Shown here one piece after another: positions 32,460 to 45,169 of a stretch of DNA of 64,000 bases (the stretch's first letter is position 1; each line of letters starts with the position of its first letter). The translations under genes were made by a program, and so were the position numbers. The notes below the pieces were generated by a model. That model did no database searches. It worked only from the letters and a program-made list of their open reading frames with translations, and was not told where the DNA came from. The stretch spans positions 704,001-768,000 of the forward strand of contig CAWBCJ010000029.1 of NCBI GenBank assembly GCA_963787255.1, written 5' to 3'. The DNA is from Methanobacteriota archaeon (GTDB lineage: Archaea > Methanobacteriota > Methanobacteria > Methanobacteriales > Methanobacteriaceae).

Positions 32460-33260
32460 TTATTTCAATAAAAAACTGCATAAATCCTCTATATTATAGA
32501 ATATAGTTTTATTTTTAAGTTCCACAACTTCCGGGCGAACAACAATCACCACTTGGATACCTAAATCAAGAGCAGCGGCAATTTTATAGGCTGTACCTCC
32601 TGTCTTACCGCTTTCTTTGGTTATAATTACAGAAATATCATATTCTTCCATTAAAGCTTTGTTGAAGTTTTTTGAAAATGTTCCTTGCATTGCAATTATA
32701 TTCTCCTGCTTTAATCCAAGATCAAGACATTTTTGAACTGAATCAACAGAAGGTAGAACTCTAGCAAAAATCCGTTTTTTGTCAATCTTTTTAATTATAT
32801 GGTTGAGAGTTGAAACACCGGCAAGATGGAGTATTCTGTCACTCTTTTCGGTTATTTCTAAAACCTTTAAAGCTGCTTCTTCAAATGAAAAAACCTTATA
32901 AATAAGTGGGGTTTCAATTAAATCTTCTTCTGGCCTTTCGAACCTTATATATTTGATTTTAGTGTATTCTGACGATTTAATAGCATTTTTAGTTGCAGTG
33001 GTAGCAAATGGATGGGTGGCATCCACTAGAATTTCAATTCCATTTTCTTTTATCAGATTTGTTAGCTCTTTTTCATCCAGTTGGCCTGAAAGAACTTCAT
33101 CTGCCCCTGATGATTTTGCTATTTCTGCCCCGTATTCTGTCGTGGTTGTGGCTATTATTTTAAAATTTCCAGTGGATTTAAGTTTTTTAATGATAATGGC
33201 AGCGTCTTTAGTACCTGCCATTACCAAAACGCTTTTTTTGTCCTTTTGGGGCATATTCAC
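32460..33260 (-). CDS. cbiJ: Cobalt-precorrin-6A reductase
   Basis: MAGT.D, VDATHPFA, YIRFERP, IIAMQG.FS, ITKESG..GG..KI.AA. Confidence 0.9.
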   Translation of the reverse strand: MNMPQKDKKSVLVMAGTKDAAIIIKKLKSTGNFKIIATTTTEYGAEIAKSSGADEVLSGQLDEKELTNLIKENGIEILVDATHPFATTATKNAIKSSEYTKIKYIRFERPEEDLIETPLIYKVFSFEEAALKVLEITEKSDRILHLAGVSTLNHIIKKIDKKRIFARVLPSVDSVQKCLDLGLKQENIIAMQGTFSKNFNKALMEEYDISVIITKESGKTGGTAYKIAAALDLGIQVVIVVRPEVVELKNKTIFYNIEDLCSFLLK

Positions 33261-33291
33261 AACCTTATTATCAATTGCTTCAAATGTTTTA

Positions 33292-35823
33292 TTATTTTAC
33301 AAATCTCGCAACAATCCAATCGCTGATTAGGATTGTACATGAAACTGCTAGTATCCATATCCAGTCAATACTTGATATTGCAGTGGTTCTAAAGATTCCC
33401 TGGAAGAATGGAATATAAATAACGCATAATTGCAGTAATAATGATATTCCAATTGCTATAAGCAGGAATTTATTAGAAAATCCTTTTTCTGATCTGCAGT
33501 TAAACACGTTGAATATCTGGAACATTACAAAAACGGTAAATGCAATGGAAGTTGCCTTTAATTCACCGACTCCAAGGGAAAGTTCGTATATGTAAAGTGC
33601 AAGAGTACCCACGGTCATTACTATTCCTGCAAGAAGAATTCTAATAAGGTTTCTTCTTGGAATTATTTCTTCTTTTTTAGGGGCACGCTCCATAACGCCT
33701 TTTTCTGGAGGTTCAACACCTAAAGACTGTGCAGGAGGTCCATCCATAATAATATTTATCCATAAAACTTGAATGGGGTTGAATGGAATGGGAAGACTCA
33801 TAATTGACGCCGCAGTAATGGTGAGTATAGCACCTACGTTAGTTGAAAGCTGGAATCTTACAAATCTTCGGATGTTGTCAAATATGGTACGTCCTTCTTT
33901 AACTGCCTTAACAATTGTGGCGAAATTATCGTCTTGTAGAAGCATGTCTGCTGATTCTTTAGCAACGTCAGTACCGCTACCCATGGCAACTCCAATAGCT
34001 GCTTTTTTAAGAGCTGGGGCGTCGTTAACACCGTCTCCAGTCATTGCAGTTACATTGCCTTTATCTTTAAGTGCTTCTACAATTCTAACTTTCTGTTCTG
34101 GGAAAACTCTGGCGTAAACTTGAATATCTTCCACCATTCTTTCAAATTCTGCATCAGTGAGTTTATCTAATTGAGAACCAGTTAGAACTTTTCCATCTGT
34201 GAGTATCCCAATTTCTTTTGCAATGGCGGCTGCAGTGTCTTTATGGTCACCTGTAATCATTATAACCTTAATTCCCGCTTTCATACAGGTTGCAACTGCT
34301 TCTTTTGCCTCAGCTCGTGGAGGATCCATCATTCCCACTAACCCAACAAAAATAAGGTTTTCTTCTAACTTTTCCTTATGGATGGAGTCAAATTTACTTT
34401 CCTGGTAAGGAATTTTTTTATAGGCAAGCGCAAGAACACGGAGCGCTTTACCAGTCATATCCTTTAAATCATTTAATATGGGTTCTTTATCTTGTTTTGT
34501 AATTTTTTGGACTCTTTCATCCTTTTCAATCCATGAACATTTATTTAAAACGATTTCGGGGGCTCCTTTAATGAGAACATATTTTTCTCCATCTATTTCG
34601 TTCACTGTTGTCATTCTTTTTCTAACGCTGTCCAGTGGAATTTCGTAAAGCCTTGGATATCTCTTTTCAAGCTCTGATTTTGAGTATCCGTTTTCTTCTG
34701 CAAATATCAGGATTGCCCCATCTGTTGGATCGCCTATAATTTTCCCTTCATTTATACTGGCGTTATTACATAGTGCAGATATTTCAAAAGCTCTTTCAGG
34801 GGCAGTAATATGGGTTTCCCTTACAGTCATCTTGTTTTTGGTAAGTGTCCCTGTTTTATCTGTACATATAACATTACATGAACCTAAAGTTTCCACTGCA
34901 AGGAGTCTTCTAACGACTGCATTGCTTTTTGCCATTCTCTGCATTCCAAGTGCAAGAGTTAATGTTAAAATTGCCGGAAGTCCTTCAGGAACAGATGCTA
35001 CTGCTAATGAAATTGCAATAAGGAATGTTTCTACAATTGGAGTGCCCTGTAAGTACTCCAGTATAAATACTATAGAACACACTCCCAATGCTAGAATTCC
35101 CAAATTTCTTCCTAATCTTGATATTTTTTGATGTAAAGGTGTTTCTTCCTCTTCTTCCTGTATCATTTCAGCTATTTTACCGATTTCAGTGTTCATACCT
35201 ATTTCTACAACAACACCTTTTCCTCTACCTGTGGATACATCAGTTTCCATGAAAATAGTGTTACATGTGCTTTCTTCACCGGGTTCAAGTGCATCACAGA
35301 CTTTTTCAACAGGAAGGGATTCTCCAGTAAGTGCTGATTCGTCAATTTTCAAATCAGCAGTTTGTATCACCCTTAAATCTGCAGGGATATTGTCCCCTTC
35401 TTCGACAGTAACAATATCTCCCGGTACTAAATCAACTGCAAGTATTTTTTGCTCTTTCCCGTCACGAACTACAACTGCTTCACTTGAAATGAGTCCTTTA
35501 AGTTTTTCCATGGCTTTTTCTGCCCGGTATTCTTGTATAAATCCAACAACTGCATTTATTATTACTACAATGAGAATGACGATAGCATCAATTACATCTC
35601 CAACAAAATATGCTGCTATTGCCGCAAAAATAAGTATAATTATGAGTATTTCTTTAAACTGGCTTAAAAAAAGGCTCATTGGGCCAGCTTTCTTTTTTTC
35701 AACCAGTTCATTTTTTCCGTATTTGAGCGAACGTTCCTCCGCTTCTCTGGTTGTTAAACCCTTTTCAGCATCTGATTTAAGGTTTTTTAAGGTTTCTTCT
35801 ACACTTAAATTTTCCCATTTCAT
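33292..35823 (-). CDS. P-type ATPase, P2A (Ca2+-transporting, PMR1-like)
   Basis: TGES, VPEGL, DKTGTLT, KGAPE, DPPR, TGDGVNDAPALK. Confidence 0.93.
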   Translation of the reverse strand: MKWENLSVEETLKNLKSDAEKGLTTREAEERSLKYGKNELVEKKKAGPMSLFLSQFKEILIIILIFAAIAAYFVGDVIDAIVILIVVIINAVVGFIQEYRAEKAMEKLKGLISSEAVVVRDGKEQKILAVDLVPGDIVTVEEGDNIPADLRVIQTADLKIDESALTGESLPVEKVCDALEPGEESTCNTIFMETDVSTGRGKGVVVEIGMNTEIGKIAEMIQEEEEETPLHQKISRLGRNLGILALGVCSIVFILEYLQGTPIVETFLIAISLAVASVPEGLPAILTLTLALGMQRMAKSNAVVRRLLAVETLGSCNVICTDKTGTLTKNKMTVRETHITAPERAFEISALCNNASINEGKIIGDPTDGAILIFAEENGYSKSELEKRYPRLYEIPLDSVRKRMTTVNEIDGEKYVLIKGAPEIVLNKCSWIEKDERVQKITKQDKEPILNDLKDMTGKALRVLALAYKKIPYQESKFDSIHKEKLEENLIFVGLVGMMDPPRAEAKEAVATCMKAGIKVIMITGDHKDTAAAIAKEIGILTDGKVLTGSQLDKLTDAEFERMVEDIQVYARVFPEQKVRIVEALKDKGNVTAMTGDGVNDAPALKKAAIGVAMGSGTDVAKESADMLLQDDNFATIVKAVKEGRTIFDNIRRFVRFQLSTNVGAILTITAASIMSLPIPFNPIQVLWINIIMDGPPAQSLGVEPPEKGVMERAPKKEEIIPRRNLIRILLAGIVMTVGTLALYIYELSLGVGELKATSIAFTVFVMFQIFNVFNCRSEKGFSNKFLLIAIGISLLLQLCVIYIPFFQGIFRTTAISSIDWIWILAVSCTILISDWIVARFVK

Positions 35824-35870
35824 GGTAACACATCTTCAATATTATAATTGTACTAATCATAAAAATTAAA

Positions 35871-36258
35871 TTATTTCACTATCATTTTATAAAAACTTGT
35901 TTTTCGGTAATTTGAAAGCTTCATTTTGTTAGAACTCATAAATTCGGTGGAAAATGGTTTAATAATGATGTCTGCTCCAACATTTTCAGCCACATCTATA
36001 ATATATGGCTGTAGTTCTGGTTGTGGCCGTATAGAATAAATAAGAGATGATCCCTTATATATTTTTAAGTCAGGATTACAAATATCATCCTGAACTATTT
36101 TGCTAGAAGAAGGTTTAATATCTGTCAAGACAATAGTTGCTTTAAGGTTTTCTTGGAGAATTGAGCCAACCATTATGAAATTTTCCAACACCAACTTCAA
36201 CTATCTTGTCTGCATCTACATAATTATTGATAATATATTGAGCAAAATCTTCCCACAT
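35871..36258 (-). CDS. UPF0146-family protein, one apparent +1 frameshift near 36180
   Basis: ATG at 36258 gives MWEDFAQYI..KIVEVGVGKF, joining TDIKP..DD..P....Y....IYSIRP.PEL in the listed ORF. Confidence 0.75.
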
Positions 36259-36277
36259 TTCTATCACGGAGACATTT

Positions 36278-36718
36278 ATGATAATAAGAGAGTTTAAGCG
36301 TCCAGATATTAAAAGAGTCCTGGAAATAGAAACAGAAGCTTTTAAAGATCCTTATCCTCCAAGTATTCTCATTGATATATATAATCTAGGGGCAGGATTT
36401 CTGGTAGCGCAACATGATAATATTGTCGTAGGGTATATTATATTTTGGATTAGATATGAAGATGAAGGCCATATAATTTCTTTAGCTGTAGATAAAAAAT
36501 ACAGAAAAAAGAATATGGGAAGAGAGTTAGTGGACTATGCTATAGATATATTCACTAAATGCGATGTAAGGGAAATTAAGCTGGAAGTAAGAATTGAAAA
36601 TAAAGGAGCAAGGAAATTCTATAAAAAAATAGGATTTGAGGAAAAGAAAGTCCTCAAAAATTACTATGAAGACGGAGAAGATGCCGTTATCATGAGAAAA
36701 GAAGTGAAAGAAACTTAG
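36278..36718 (+). CDS. RimI/Ard1-like N-acetyltransferase
   Basis: GHIISLAVD..YR, LEVR..N..A..FY...GF, YYEDGEDA. Confidence 0.88.
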   Translation: MIIREFKRPDIKRVLEIETEAFKDPYPPSILIDIYNLGAGFLVAQHDNIVVGYIIFWIRYEDEGHIISLAVDKKYRKKNMGRELVDYAIDIFTKCDVREIKLEVRIENKGARKFYKKIGFEEKKVLKNYYEDGEDAVIMRKEVKET

Positions 36719-36847
36719 CAATTTCACTTAAAGATAAATACTTGAAAATTAAATGATTTAAAGGAACCATTGTTGGTTCAAAATTACTGCTTATATTAGG
36801 TTTATTAGACATATCAAATGAAAATTCACGATTAATATGGTGATTAA

Positions 36848-37930
36848 ATGTTAAAAGAAGCAAAACTTGCTTTAGAAGACGGAACGATACTAAAAGGAGA
36901 AAGCTTCGGCTTTGAAACTACAAAAACAGGGGAAGTAGTTTTTGCAACAGGTATGACGGGTTATGTTGAGTCCCTTACAGATCCATCATACAAAGGCCAG
37001 TTATTAATGAACACTTATCCCCTGCAGGGAAATTATGGTATATCTGAAAAATGGTTTCAATCAGAAGGAATAAAGGCTGAAGGATTCATTGTAAGAGAAG
37101 AAAACAAGCACCCATCACATGCAAAGTCCACAAAAAGTCTTTCTGATTTCCTGGCAGAATACGAAATTCCGGGAATCAGTGGAGTTGATACAAGAGCGCT
37201 AACTATTAAAATTAGAGAACATGGAACAATGAAAGCAGTTCTTTCTACAGAAGACATAGAAGATAAAGAATTACTGGAAATAGCTAAAACGCAGCCAAAT
37301 ATCGAAGAAATAGACCTTGTTGATCAGGTATGTGTGAATAAACCCAAAATATTAGGAGAAGGCTTTAAAAGTAGGGTAGCCATACTTGACTGCGGAATAA
37401 AAAATAATAGTATAAATGCTTTACTTAAAAGAGAAACTGGAGTAGTTGTTTTACCTTATAAGATGGATTACAAGGAAATTCTTGATTATGATCCTGAGGG
37501 TATACTTGTTTCCAGCGGCCCAGGGGATCCTACAAGAGTAAAAGAAGCCATTGATAATGTGAGGAAACTCTCAGAAAGGCTTCCAATGTTTGGAATATGC
37601 TTAGGCCAGCAAATAATAGGTCTTGCATTCGGAGCTAAAATATACAAGATGAAATTCGGTCACAGGGGAATAAATCAGCCTGTAAAAGACCTTAGAACAG
37701 AGAAGGTTTCAATAACATCTCAAAATCATGGATTCACCATTGATCCATCATCTGTTGAAGAAACACCTTTGAAGATGACACAGGTGAATCTAAACGATGG
37801 AACTCCGGAGGGAATCGAACACAAAGAACTTCCAGTTTCAAGCGTTCAATACCATCCAGAAGCAGGTCCAGGACCTCACGATACAGATTACACATTTGAC
37901 AGGTTCCTTAAGATTATAAAGGAATATTAA
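36848..37930 (+). CDS. carA: Carbamoyl-phosphate synthase small subunit
   Basis: [42 protein letters not shown]. Confidence 0.97.
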   Translation: MLKEAKLALEDGTILKGESFGFETTKTGEVVFATGMTGYVESLTDPSYKGQLLMNTYPLQGNYGISEKWFQSEGIKAEGFIVREENKHPSHAKSTKSLSDFLAEYEIPGISGVDTRALTIKIREHGTMKAVLSTEDIEDKELLEIAKTQPNIEEIDLVDQVCVNKPKILGEGFKSRVAILDCGIKNNSINALLKRETGVVVLPYKMDYKEILDYDPEGILVSSGPGDPTRVKEAIDNVRKLSERLPMFGICLGQQIIGLAFGAKIYKMKFGHRGINQPVKDLRTEKVSITSQNHGFTIDPSSVEETPLKMTQVNLNDGTPEGIEHKELPVSSVQYHPEAGPGPHDTDYTFDRFLKIIKEY

Positions 37931-38048
37931 ACTTCACTTTAAATTTGGAAAAACAATTAATCAGCTCTTGAAATGTTAATAAATGACAAAAATATAATTT
38001 AATAATTTAAAACTCACACATTATATAAGTTACAAACGGGGACTAAAG

Positions 38049-41000
38049 ATGCCTAAAGATCATGACATAAAAAAAGTTCTTATCATTGGATCAGGACCAA
38101 TTCAAATAGGCCAGGCTGCTGAATTTGACTATTCCGGCTCTCAAGCATGCAAATCAATTATGGAAGAGGGAATTAAAACTGTACTTGTTAACAGTAACCC
38201 TGCAACAATCCAGACAGACATGGACATGGCAGACAGGGTTTATGTTGAACCATTAACTCCAGAAATAGTTGCAAAAATCATAGAAAAAGAAAAACCAGAC
38301 GCAATTTTACCAACAATGGGCGGACAAACTGGTTTAAACGTTGCAACAGGTCTTGAAGAAATTGGAGCGCTTGAAGGTATTAAAGTAATAGGTTCCTCTG
38401 TAGAAACAATAAGGAACGTAGAAGACCGTGATCTTTTTGATAGGTTTATGAAAGAGCTTAACGAACCTGTACCTAAAGCGAGAGCTGTTAGTTCATTAGA
38501 AAAAGCTTTAGAAGCTGTTGAACAGATAGGGTACCCTGTCATTGTAAGGCCTGCATTTACTCTTGGAGGTACCGGTGGTGGGGTAGCTTACAATGAAGAA
38601 CAGCTTCGCGAAGTAGCAACACGTGGACTGGACATGAGTTTTATAGGTCAGGTACTCATTGATGAATCGGTAATGGGCTGGAAAGAGTTCGAATACGAAG
38701 TAATGCGTGATAAGAACGATACGTGTATTATTGTTTGTAACATGGAAAACATCGATCCTATGGGAATACATACTGGAGAAAGCATAGTTGTCGCGCCCTC
38801 ACAGACTTTAAGTGATGATGATAACCAGAGGCTTAGAGATGCTTCTATTAAGATAATAAGAGCGCTTAAGATTCAGGGAGGATGTAACATACAGTTTGCA
38901 GTGCACCCTGAAACTGGGGAATACAAAGTAATTGAAGTTAATCCTAGGGTGAGCAGAAGTAGTGCGCTCGCTTCAAAGGCTACAGGATACCCAATAGCTA
39001 AAATATCATCTAAAATTGCAATTGGAATGACTCTTGATGAAATACAAAATGATATTACCAAAGAAACACCTGCATCTTTTGAACCTTCAATTGATTATGT
39101 GGTTGCTAAAATACCTCGATGGCCATTTGATAAATTTAAAGGGATAAACAGACAAATTGGGATACAGATGAAATCTACAGGAGAAGTAATGTCTATTGGC
39201 AGGACTATTGAAGAATCTCTCCATAAAGCTATAAGGTCTCTTGATATTAAGCGATTTGGTTTTGATGATGTTGATTACACTAAGGAAGCGCTTGAAAAAG
39301 CAACAGACGACCGCATATTTCAGGTTTATACTGCACTTAAATCTGGAATGAGCATTGATGAAATTAAAAGGATCACTAAAATCGATGAATTTTTCCTTTA
39401 TAAAATAATGAATATTATTGATTTTGAAAATAAATTGAATAAAGATAGTATTAGAGATCTTTTAATGCTTCGAAAAGCAAAAAGAATGGGTTTCTCTGAT
39501 AATAAGCTTTCAGAAATCACAGGATACCGTGAAGAAGAAATAAGGAAAATGCGTAAAGAAAACGGTATTATACCAACTTATAAAATGGTAGATACATGCG
39601 CTGCTGAATTTGAAGCAAAAACGCCCTATTATTACGGTACATATGAACAATTCGATGAAGTGAAAGTTTCTGATAAGAAAAAAGTTATTATATTAGGTGC
39701 TGGGCCAATAAGGATTGGTCAAGGTATTGAATTTGATTATTGCTGTGTTCATGGTGCAATGGCCCTTAAAGATGAAGGAATAGAAACTATTGTCATAAAT
39801 AACAATCCAGAAACTGTTAGTACTGATTATGATATTTCAAATAAACTTTATTTTGAACCACTAACTTTTGAAGATGTTATGGAAATTATTGATAAAGAGA
39901 AACCACATGGAGTTGTTGTTCAATTTGGTGGTCAAACATCCATAAATCTTGCTGTACCTCTTGCAGAAGAAGGTGTAAAAATACTTGGTACTCCGCATGA
40001 AAGTATTGACCGGGTAGAAGATCGTGAAAGATTTACACGGGTTTTAGAACGGTTAAACATTCCTCAAGCAGATTATGGAACTGCTAATTCATTTGAAGAA
40101 GCAAGAAAGGTTGCTGAAAGAATTGAATTCCCTGTACTTGTCCGACCATCATACGTACTGGGCGGAAGAGCTATGGAAATTGTCTATGACGATGTAGAAC
40201 TTAAAGAGTACATGAAAGAAGCTGTAAAAATTTCCCCCGAGCATCCGATACTTGTGGATAAATTCCTTGAAGATGCAATTGAAGTAGATGTAGATGCACT
40301 CTGTGATGGTGAAGATGTATTCATTGCAGGAATAATGGAACACATTGAAGAAGCAGGAGTTCACTCTGGAGATTCTGCGTGTGTTATACCTCCTCAGACC
40401 ATTCCTAAAGATGTTTTAGAAAAAATTAAAGAGTATACTAAGAAACTTGCACTTGAAATTGATGTAGTAGGTCTTATTAATATCCAGTATGCAGTAAAAA
40501 CTAATGGAGAACATAAAGTTTACATTTTAGAAGCAAATCCGCGTGCAAGTAGGACTGTACCTTTTGTGAGTAAGGCTATTGGTATTCCTATTGCAAAAAT
40601 AGCAGCTAAATTGATGATAGGCCATAAACTCGCTGATTTGGGACTTACAGATGAGATAAAGATTGATCATGTAGCTGTTAAAGAATCAGTATTTCCATTT
40701 ATTAAACTTCCAGAAGCAGATTCAATACTGGGCCCCGAAATGAAATCTACAGGAGAAAGTATGGGAATAGATGATAATTTCGGAGTTTCGTACTATAAAT
40801 CTCAGTTATCTGCCCATATGCAACTTCCAACTGAAGGTAAAATATTCATAAGTGTAAGAGATGCAGATAAAGATAAAATTCTTGATATTGTCAAAAAAGC
40901 TGAAGAACTTGGATTTGAGACACTTGCAACAAGAGGAACTGCAAGGGCAGTTGAAGAACACGTGAAAATTGATAGAATTAAGAAAATCAGTCAGGGTTCT

Positions 41001-41228
41001 CCAAATATTAAAGAAGCAATACTAAATGGCGAAATAAATCTTATAATAAATACACCCTCTGGTAAGCAGTCTGCAGATGATGGCTACTTTATAAGAAGGC
41101 TTGCAGTTGAACTTGGAATACCTTACGTTACAACACTTGCAGGGGCCCGTGCAGCATTAACTGCTATTGAAAAGGTAAAAGATGGAGAAATAGGCGTAAA
41201 ATCTTTAAATGAATATCATCATCTATAA
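38049..41228 (+). CDS. carB: Carbamoyl-phosphate synthase large subunit
   Basis: [43 protein letters not shown], second ATP-grasp, MGS domain. Confidence 0.98.
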   Translation: MPKDHDIKKVLIIGSGPIQIGQAAEFDYSGSQACKSIMEEGIKTVLVNSNPATIQTDMDMADRVYVEPLTPEIVAKIIEKEKPDAILPTMGGQTGLNVATGLEEIGALEGIKVIGSSVETIRNVEDRDLFDRFMKELNEPVPKARAVSSLEKALEAVEQIGYPVIVRPAFTLGGTGGGVAYNEEQLREVATRGLDMSFIGQVLIDESVMGWKEFEYEVMRDKNDTCIIVCNMENIDPMGIHTGESIVVAPSQTLSDDDNQRLRDASIKIIRALKIQGGCNIQFAVHPETGEYKVIEVNPRVSRSSALASKATGYPIAKISSKIAIGMTLDEIQNDITKETPASFEPSIDYVVAKIPRWPFDKFKGINRQIGIQMKSTGEVMSIGRTIEESLHKAIRSLDIKRFGFDDVDYTKEALEKATDDRIFQVYTALKSGMSIDEIKRITKIDEFFLYKIMNIIDFENKLNKDSIRDLLMLRKAKRMGFSDNKLSEITGYREEEIRKMRKENGIIPTYKMVDTCAAEFEAKTPYYYGTYEQFDEVKVSDKKKVIILGAGPIRIGQGIEFDYCCVHGAMALKDEGIETIVINNNPETVSTDYDISNKLYFEPLTFEDVMEIIDKEKPHGVVVQFGGQTSINLAVPLAEEGVKILGTPHESIDRVEDRERFTRVLERLNIPQADYGTANSFEEARKVAERIEFPVLVRPSYVLGGRAMEIVYDDVELKEYMKEAVKISPEHPILVDKFLEDAIEVDVDALCDGEDVFIAGIMEHIEEAGVHSGDSACVIPPQTIPKDVLEKIKEYTKKLALEIDVVGLINIQYAVKTNGEHKVYILEANPRASRTVPFVSKAIGIPIAKIAAKLMIGHKLADLGLTDEIKIDHVAVKESVFPFIKLPEADSILGPEMKSTGESMGIDDNFGVSYYKSQLSAHMQLPTEGKIFISVRDADKDKILDIVKKAEELGFETLATRGTARAVEEHVKIDRIKKISQGSPNIKEAILNGEINLIINTPSGKQSADDGYFIRRLAVELGIPYVTTLAGARAALTAIEKVKDGEIGVKSLNEYHHL

Positions 41229-41588
41229 ATTCTTTTTTTCAATAGATTAACTGCATGCAATATTAAAATTTAACTGTGTTTAAACCTCTTTTTATTTTAA
41301 AGCTTTTTAACAAATTATAATATAAAAATATTCATAATAATATTCTAATTTGTAAAATTATCATTTTAAAAATATGAATTCAGGGACAAATGGAGATACA
41401 AGTGGAACTAAAAAGATTTCAGGGAGTTAATAAAGTTTAATTCTTAAAAATCAAAAGTTATTAAGAATTCTTATAAAAAAAGAAGGATTAATAACTTATT
41501 TTATTTCTTTTTATTAATTTTTGTTATTTAAAAATATAGTTGCTAAATACATAATGATAAATATGTTTTTAATTATATTCTAAATTGT

Positions 41589-42740
41589 ATGATTATTATT
41601 GAGAATGCCACTGTTCTTCATGGGAAAGAAATGAACGCTTTGAAAGCTAATATTGTAATTGAAGATACCAAAATAGTTGAAATCAGTAAAAACAGAGTAA
41701 ATAAAGGCAAAAAAATAGATGCAAGAGGATGTATTGTATCTCCTGCATTACTTAATTCTCATGTTCACATGGGAGATTCTATCGCAAAGGACATAGGGGA
41801 TGGAAGAAACATTGATGAAATTGTTAAACCACCCAATGGATTAAAACACAGAGTATTGAATGAATCTAAACCATTTGACATTATAAATTCTATGAAGCAA
41901 TCCATGAAGGATATGCTAACAAGTGGGACATCTACATTCGTTGATTTTAGAGAAGGTGGACTTGAAGGAATTGAATTAATTAATGAAGCTGCAGAAGATT
42001 ACCCCATCCGTAAAATAATACTTGGAAGGCATCATTCATTTCAAAATGAGGAAACAAAAAAATCAGAAATAAAAAAAGTGGCAAAAAAACTCCTTGAATC
42101 CTGTGATGGCATTGGTTTAAGTGGATTCGGAGAAATAAAGGATGATGTGGCATCATTAATAACAAAAATCTGTAAAAAGCAAGGAAAAATATCAGCAATA
42201 CATGCTGCAGAATATGAAAAAATTCAGATGGATTCTATAGAATTGACAGGTAAAAGTGAAGTTCAAAGGGCGGTTGAATCAGATTTTAACATGTTAGTGC
42301 ACCTTACAGCACCTATGGGGGATGATTTAAAACTGGTTGGTAATAGCAGCAGTTCTGTGGTTTGTTGTCCACGATCCAATGGAACACTTTCAGTGGGAAT
42401 CCCTCCGGTAAAAGACCTTTTTAAACATAAAATAAATGTACTTCTTGGAACAGATAATATAATGTTTAACTCTCCAAACATGTTGCGAGAAATGGAATAT
42501 GCTTTAAAGGTTACGCGCGGTTATTATAAGGAATATTTCCCTCCGGTGGAAATATTGAAAATGGCAACAATAAATGCTGCAAACGCGTTAAAAATGGATA
42601 CTGGATGTATAGAAGAAGGTAAAACTGCAGATATCATCATTGCAAAGCAAAAATCTGAAGATCCTATACTTTCAATTATTAACAGAACAGAACCTTCGGA
42701 CATTAAAAACACAATAATAGAAGGTAACTTGGCATTTTAA
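41589..42740 (+). CDS. Metal-dependent amidohydrolase (nucleoside deaminase-like)
   Basis: NSHVHMGD, IHAAE, LVHLT, CPRSN, LGTDN. Confidence 0.82.
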   Translation: MIIIENATVLHGKEMNALKANIVIEDTKIVEISKNRVNKGKKIDARGCIVSPALLNSHVHMGDSIAKDIGDGRNIDEIVKPPNGLKHRVLNESKPFDIINSMKQSMKDMLTSGTSTFVDFREGGLEGIELINEAAEDYPIRKIILGRHHSFQNEETKKSEIKKVAKKLLESCDGIGLSGFGEIKDDVASLITKICKKQGKISAIHAAEYEKIQMDSIELTGKSEVQRAVESDFNMLVHLTAPMGDDLKLVGNSSSSVVCCPRSNGTLSVGIPPVKDLFKHKINVLLGTDNIMFNSPNMLREMEYALKVTRGYYKEYFPPVEILKMATINAANALKMDTGCIEEGKTADIIIAKQKSEDPILSIINRTEPSDIKNTIIEGNLAF

Positions 42741-42808
42741 AAACAATTAACATTATTTACTTAACATAATCTACGTTTCATTGATTGATTTATGGAAGAG
42801 GTGAAATT

Positions 42809-43255
42809 ATGTATAAAAAAATTTTATTACCAACAGACGGTTCTGAATATGCTGAAATGGCCGCAGAACATGCGTTTCTTTTGGGAAGCAGAAGCGGTGC
42901 TGAAATTATAGTTTTAAATGTAGTTGAAGCTCCACGATTTACAGGGATTAGATCAGCAGATAAGGATGAATTAATTAGTAGGTTTAAGGAAGAAGGACAA
43001 AACTCATTTAACCGTATTAAAGACATGCTAATGAAACGTAAAAGTGAAGGCAAGTGTGAAAAGGAAGTAAATTTAAATTTCGAATATAAAGAAGGTTCTC
43101 CTGCAGATATTATACTTAAAGTCATAGAAGAAGAAAATATAGACCTCGTAATTATGGGAACTTCAGGAAAAAGAGGTCTGAATAGATTTTTACTTGGAAG
43201 CGTGGCTGAAAATACCATGAGATCGGCAAAAATCCCGGTTTTAGTGGTGCGTTAA
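42809..43255 (+). CDS. Universal stress protein
   Basis: [36 protein letters not shown]. Confidence 0.93.
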   Translation: MYKKILLPTDGSEYAEMAAEHAFLLGSRSGAEIIVLNVVEAPRFTGIRSADKDELISRFKEEGQNSFNRIKDMLMKRKSEGKCEKEVNLNFEYKEGSPADIILKVIEEENIDLVIMGTSGKRGLNRFLLGSVAENTMRSAKIPVLVVR

Positions 43256-43356
43256 TATTTGTTTACTGGTCTCCATAAATAATCAATTATATAAATCTTG
43301 AATCATAACAGTTAAAATATATAAATGAGTAATATATTATTTCAAGGGGTGAACTC

Positions 43357-43806
43357 ATGTATAAAAAAATTTTATTACCAACAGACGGTTCTGAATATGC
43401 TAATAAAGCTGCAGAACATGCAATATGGATTGCAAGTTTAAGCGGAGCAGAAATCGTAGTTTTAAATGTAATCGAAACATCTTCATTGGTAGGATTGCCT
43501 GCCGAAGACCTTATAGTGCGAATTAAAGAAATGCTTAAGGAAGAAGGGCGTAAATCACTGGAAGAAATTTCTAAATTAGCTGAAGAAAGTAAAACAGAAG
43601 ATGAATGTCAAGAAGAAGTTAAGTTAAATATGGTTACAGAAGAAGGTTCTCCTGCTGATATTATAGTTAAAAAGATAAAAGAAGAGAATATAGATTTGGT
43701 AGTAATGGGAACGTCTGGAAAACATGGGTTAGACAGATTTTTATTGGGTAGCGTCACAGAAAATGTGGTTAGATCAGCCCCATGCCCCGTATTAGTCGTT
43801 CATTAG
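43357..43806 (+). CDS. Universal stress protein (tandem paralog)
   Basis: [33 protein letters not shown]. Confidence 0.93.
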   Translation: MYKKILLPTDGSEYANKAAEHAIWIASLSGAEIVVLNVIETSSLVGLPAEDLIVRIKEMLKEEGRKSLEEISKLAEESKTEDECQEEVKLNMVTEEGSPADIIVKKIKEENIDLVVMGTSGKHGLDRFLLGSVTENVVRSAPCPVLVVH

Positions 43807-43860
43807 ATATTAAAGATTATTATTTAATTATTTTTTAATTAAAAAATTGTTGGTGTAACC

Positions 43861-44697
43861 ATGCTTATAAAAGAAGTAATGTCAGAGAGTATACACTATA
43901 TACAGGTTCCAGGGAACCGCCAGAACGCTCTGGAATTAATGAGAGAAAAAAATGTATCAGGACTGCCTGTAGTAAAAAATGGAACAAAGAAACTTATTGG
44001 AATAGTTACAAGGTCCGATCTTGTAAATAATCCTGATGAAGAACAACTAGCGCTTATAATGACTAGAAATCTTTTAACAACAACTCCAGACGACGATATC
44101 AAGCACGCTGCAGAGATAATGATAGATAACAACATAAGAAGAGTCCCAGTTGTTCAAAATGATGAACTGGTGGGAATAGTAACTGCATTTGACCTCATAG
44201 AACAAGCATTGTCTAAATTGAACATTGAAGAACCAGTTAAGGATTATACACTTAAAAATATTCCTACAACATGGGAAGGAACCCCGTTAAACGTAGCTTT
44301 TGAGATAATGAGATATTCTGGCTTTAAAGTGCTTCTTGCTTTAAATAAAGATGGTAGATTGTCTGGAATACTCACAGAAACCGATTTTATTAACGAAAGT
44401 GAAATCGTCTCTGAAAGATCAGTTCACAACACATCTGTAGGTACTGAAGGAGATAAATGGTCGTGGGACAGTACAAATGTTCTTTACGTAATAAAAAATC
44501 ATCTTAAATTCTCTGATAAAAACGTGAAAGACGTATCAGCTACAGATCTTGTTTTAGCTACCACTAGAACCACCGTAACAGAATGTGCTAATAAAATGAG
44601 GCATCACAACATAGAGCAGATACCAGTTATAGACGTTGAAGGCGAACTTTCAGGGCTTGTAAGGGCCACTGATTTAATAAAAGCACTTAAGGATTAA
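43861..44697 (+). CDS. Four-CBS-domain protein
   Basis: Repeated LPVV..GIVT..D motifs. Confidence 0.88.
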   Translation: MLIKEVMSESIHYIQVPGNRQNALELMREKNVSGLPVVKNGTKKLIGIVTRSDLVNNPDEEQLALIMTRNLLTTTPDDDIKHAAEIMIDNNIRRVPVVQNDELVGIVTAFDLIEQALSKLNIEEPVKDYTLKNIPTTWEGTPLNVAFEIMRYSGFKVLLALNKDGRLSGILTETDFINESEIVSERSVHNTSVGTEGDKWSWDSTNVLYVIKNHLKFSDKNVKDVSATDLVLATTRTTVTECANKMRHHNIEQIPVIDVEGELSGLVRATDLIKALKD

Positions 44698-44698
44698 G

Positions 44699-45121
44699 AT
44701 GTCGAGTCCATTACTTCTTAAAATAACATCAGAAAAAGGAAATATACGGATTGTTTCTAAAAACGACGGTGAAGTATCCGTAAAAATAATACTCCTTAAA
44801 TTACTCTTTGGATACTGCTGGTGGGCAAATGTTCCTGTTGTAGAAACAATATTCAATGTTCTTGAAGAAACAATCAAAAATACAATGAAAAATGTGTATG
44901 ATTACAATGACATTACCATAGACTACGATTACATGGCAAATGATCTATTAGAAGACGCATCAAAGATTGAAATCTTCATAAACAGTATTACTATAGATGG
45001 AATTGAAATTGAAGTGACTGGAAGGTACATATTCTTTGAAGGTCAAGATAATAGGAGCTTTTGGCAAAAAAAGACAAGTTTTAGAAGAAAAATCCATAAA
45101 AACGTCTTTAAACATCTTTAA
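44699..45121 (+). CDS. Hypothetical protein
   Basis: 140-aa ORF starting 1 bp after the CBS gene stop; no recognisable motif. Confidence 0.6.
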   Translation: MSSPLLLKITSEKGNIRIVSKNDGEVSVKIILLKLLFGYCWWANVPVVETIFNVLEETIKNTMKNVYDYNDITIDYDYMANDLLEDASKIEIFINSITIDGIEIEVTGRYIFFEGQDNRSFWQKKTSFRRKIHKNVFKHL

Positions 45122-45169
45122 AATATTTTTCTTTTTGCATTATTAAATTCACACGATTATTTAATGTAT

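Noticed and set aside
35189-35869. 226-aa plus-strand ORF and many similar antisense ORFs in the track
   Set aside because: Shadow frames opposite well-supported genes, with no motifs of their own.
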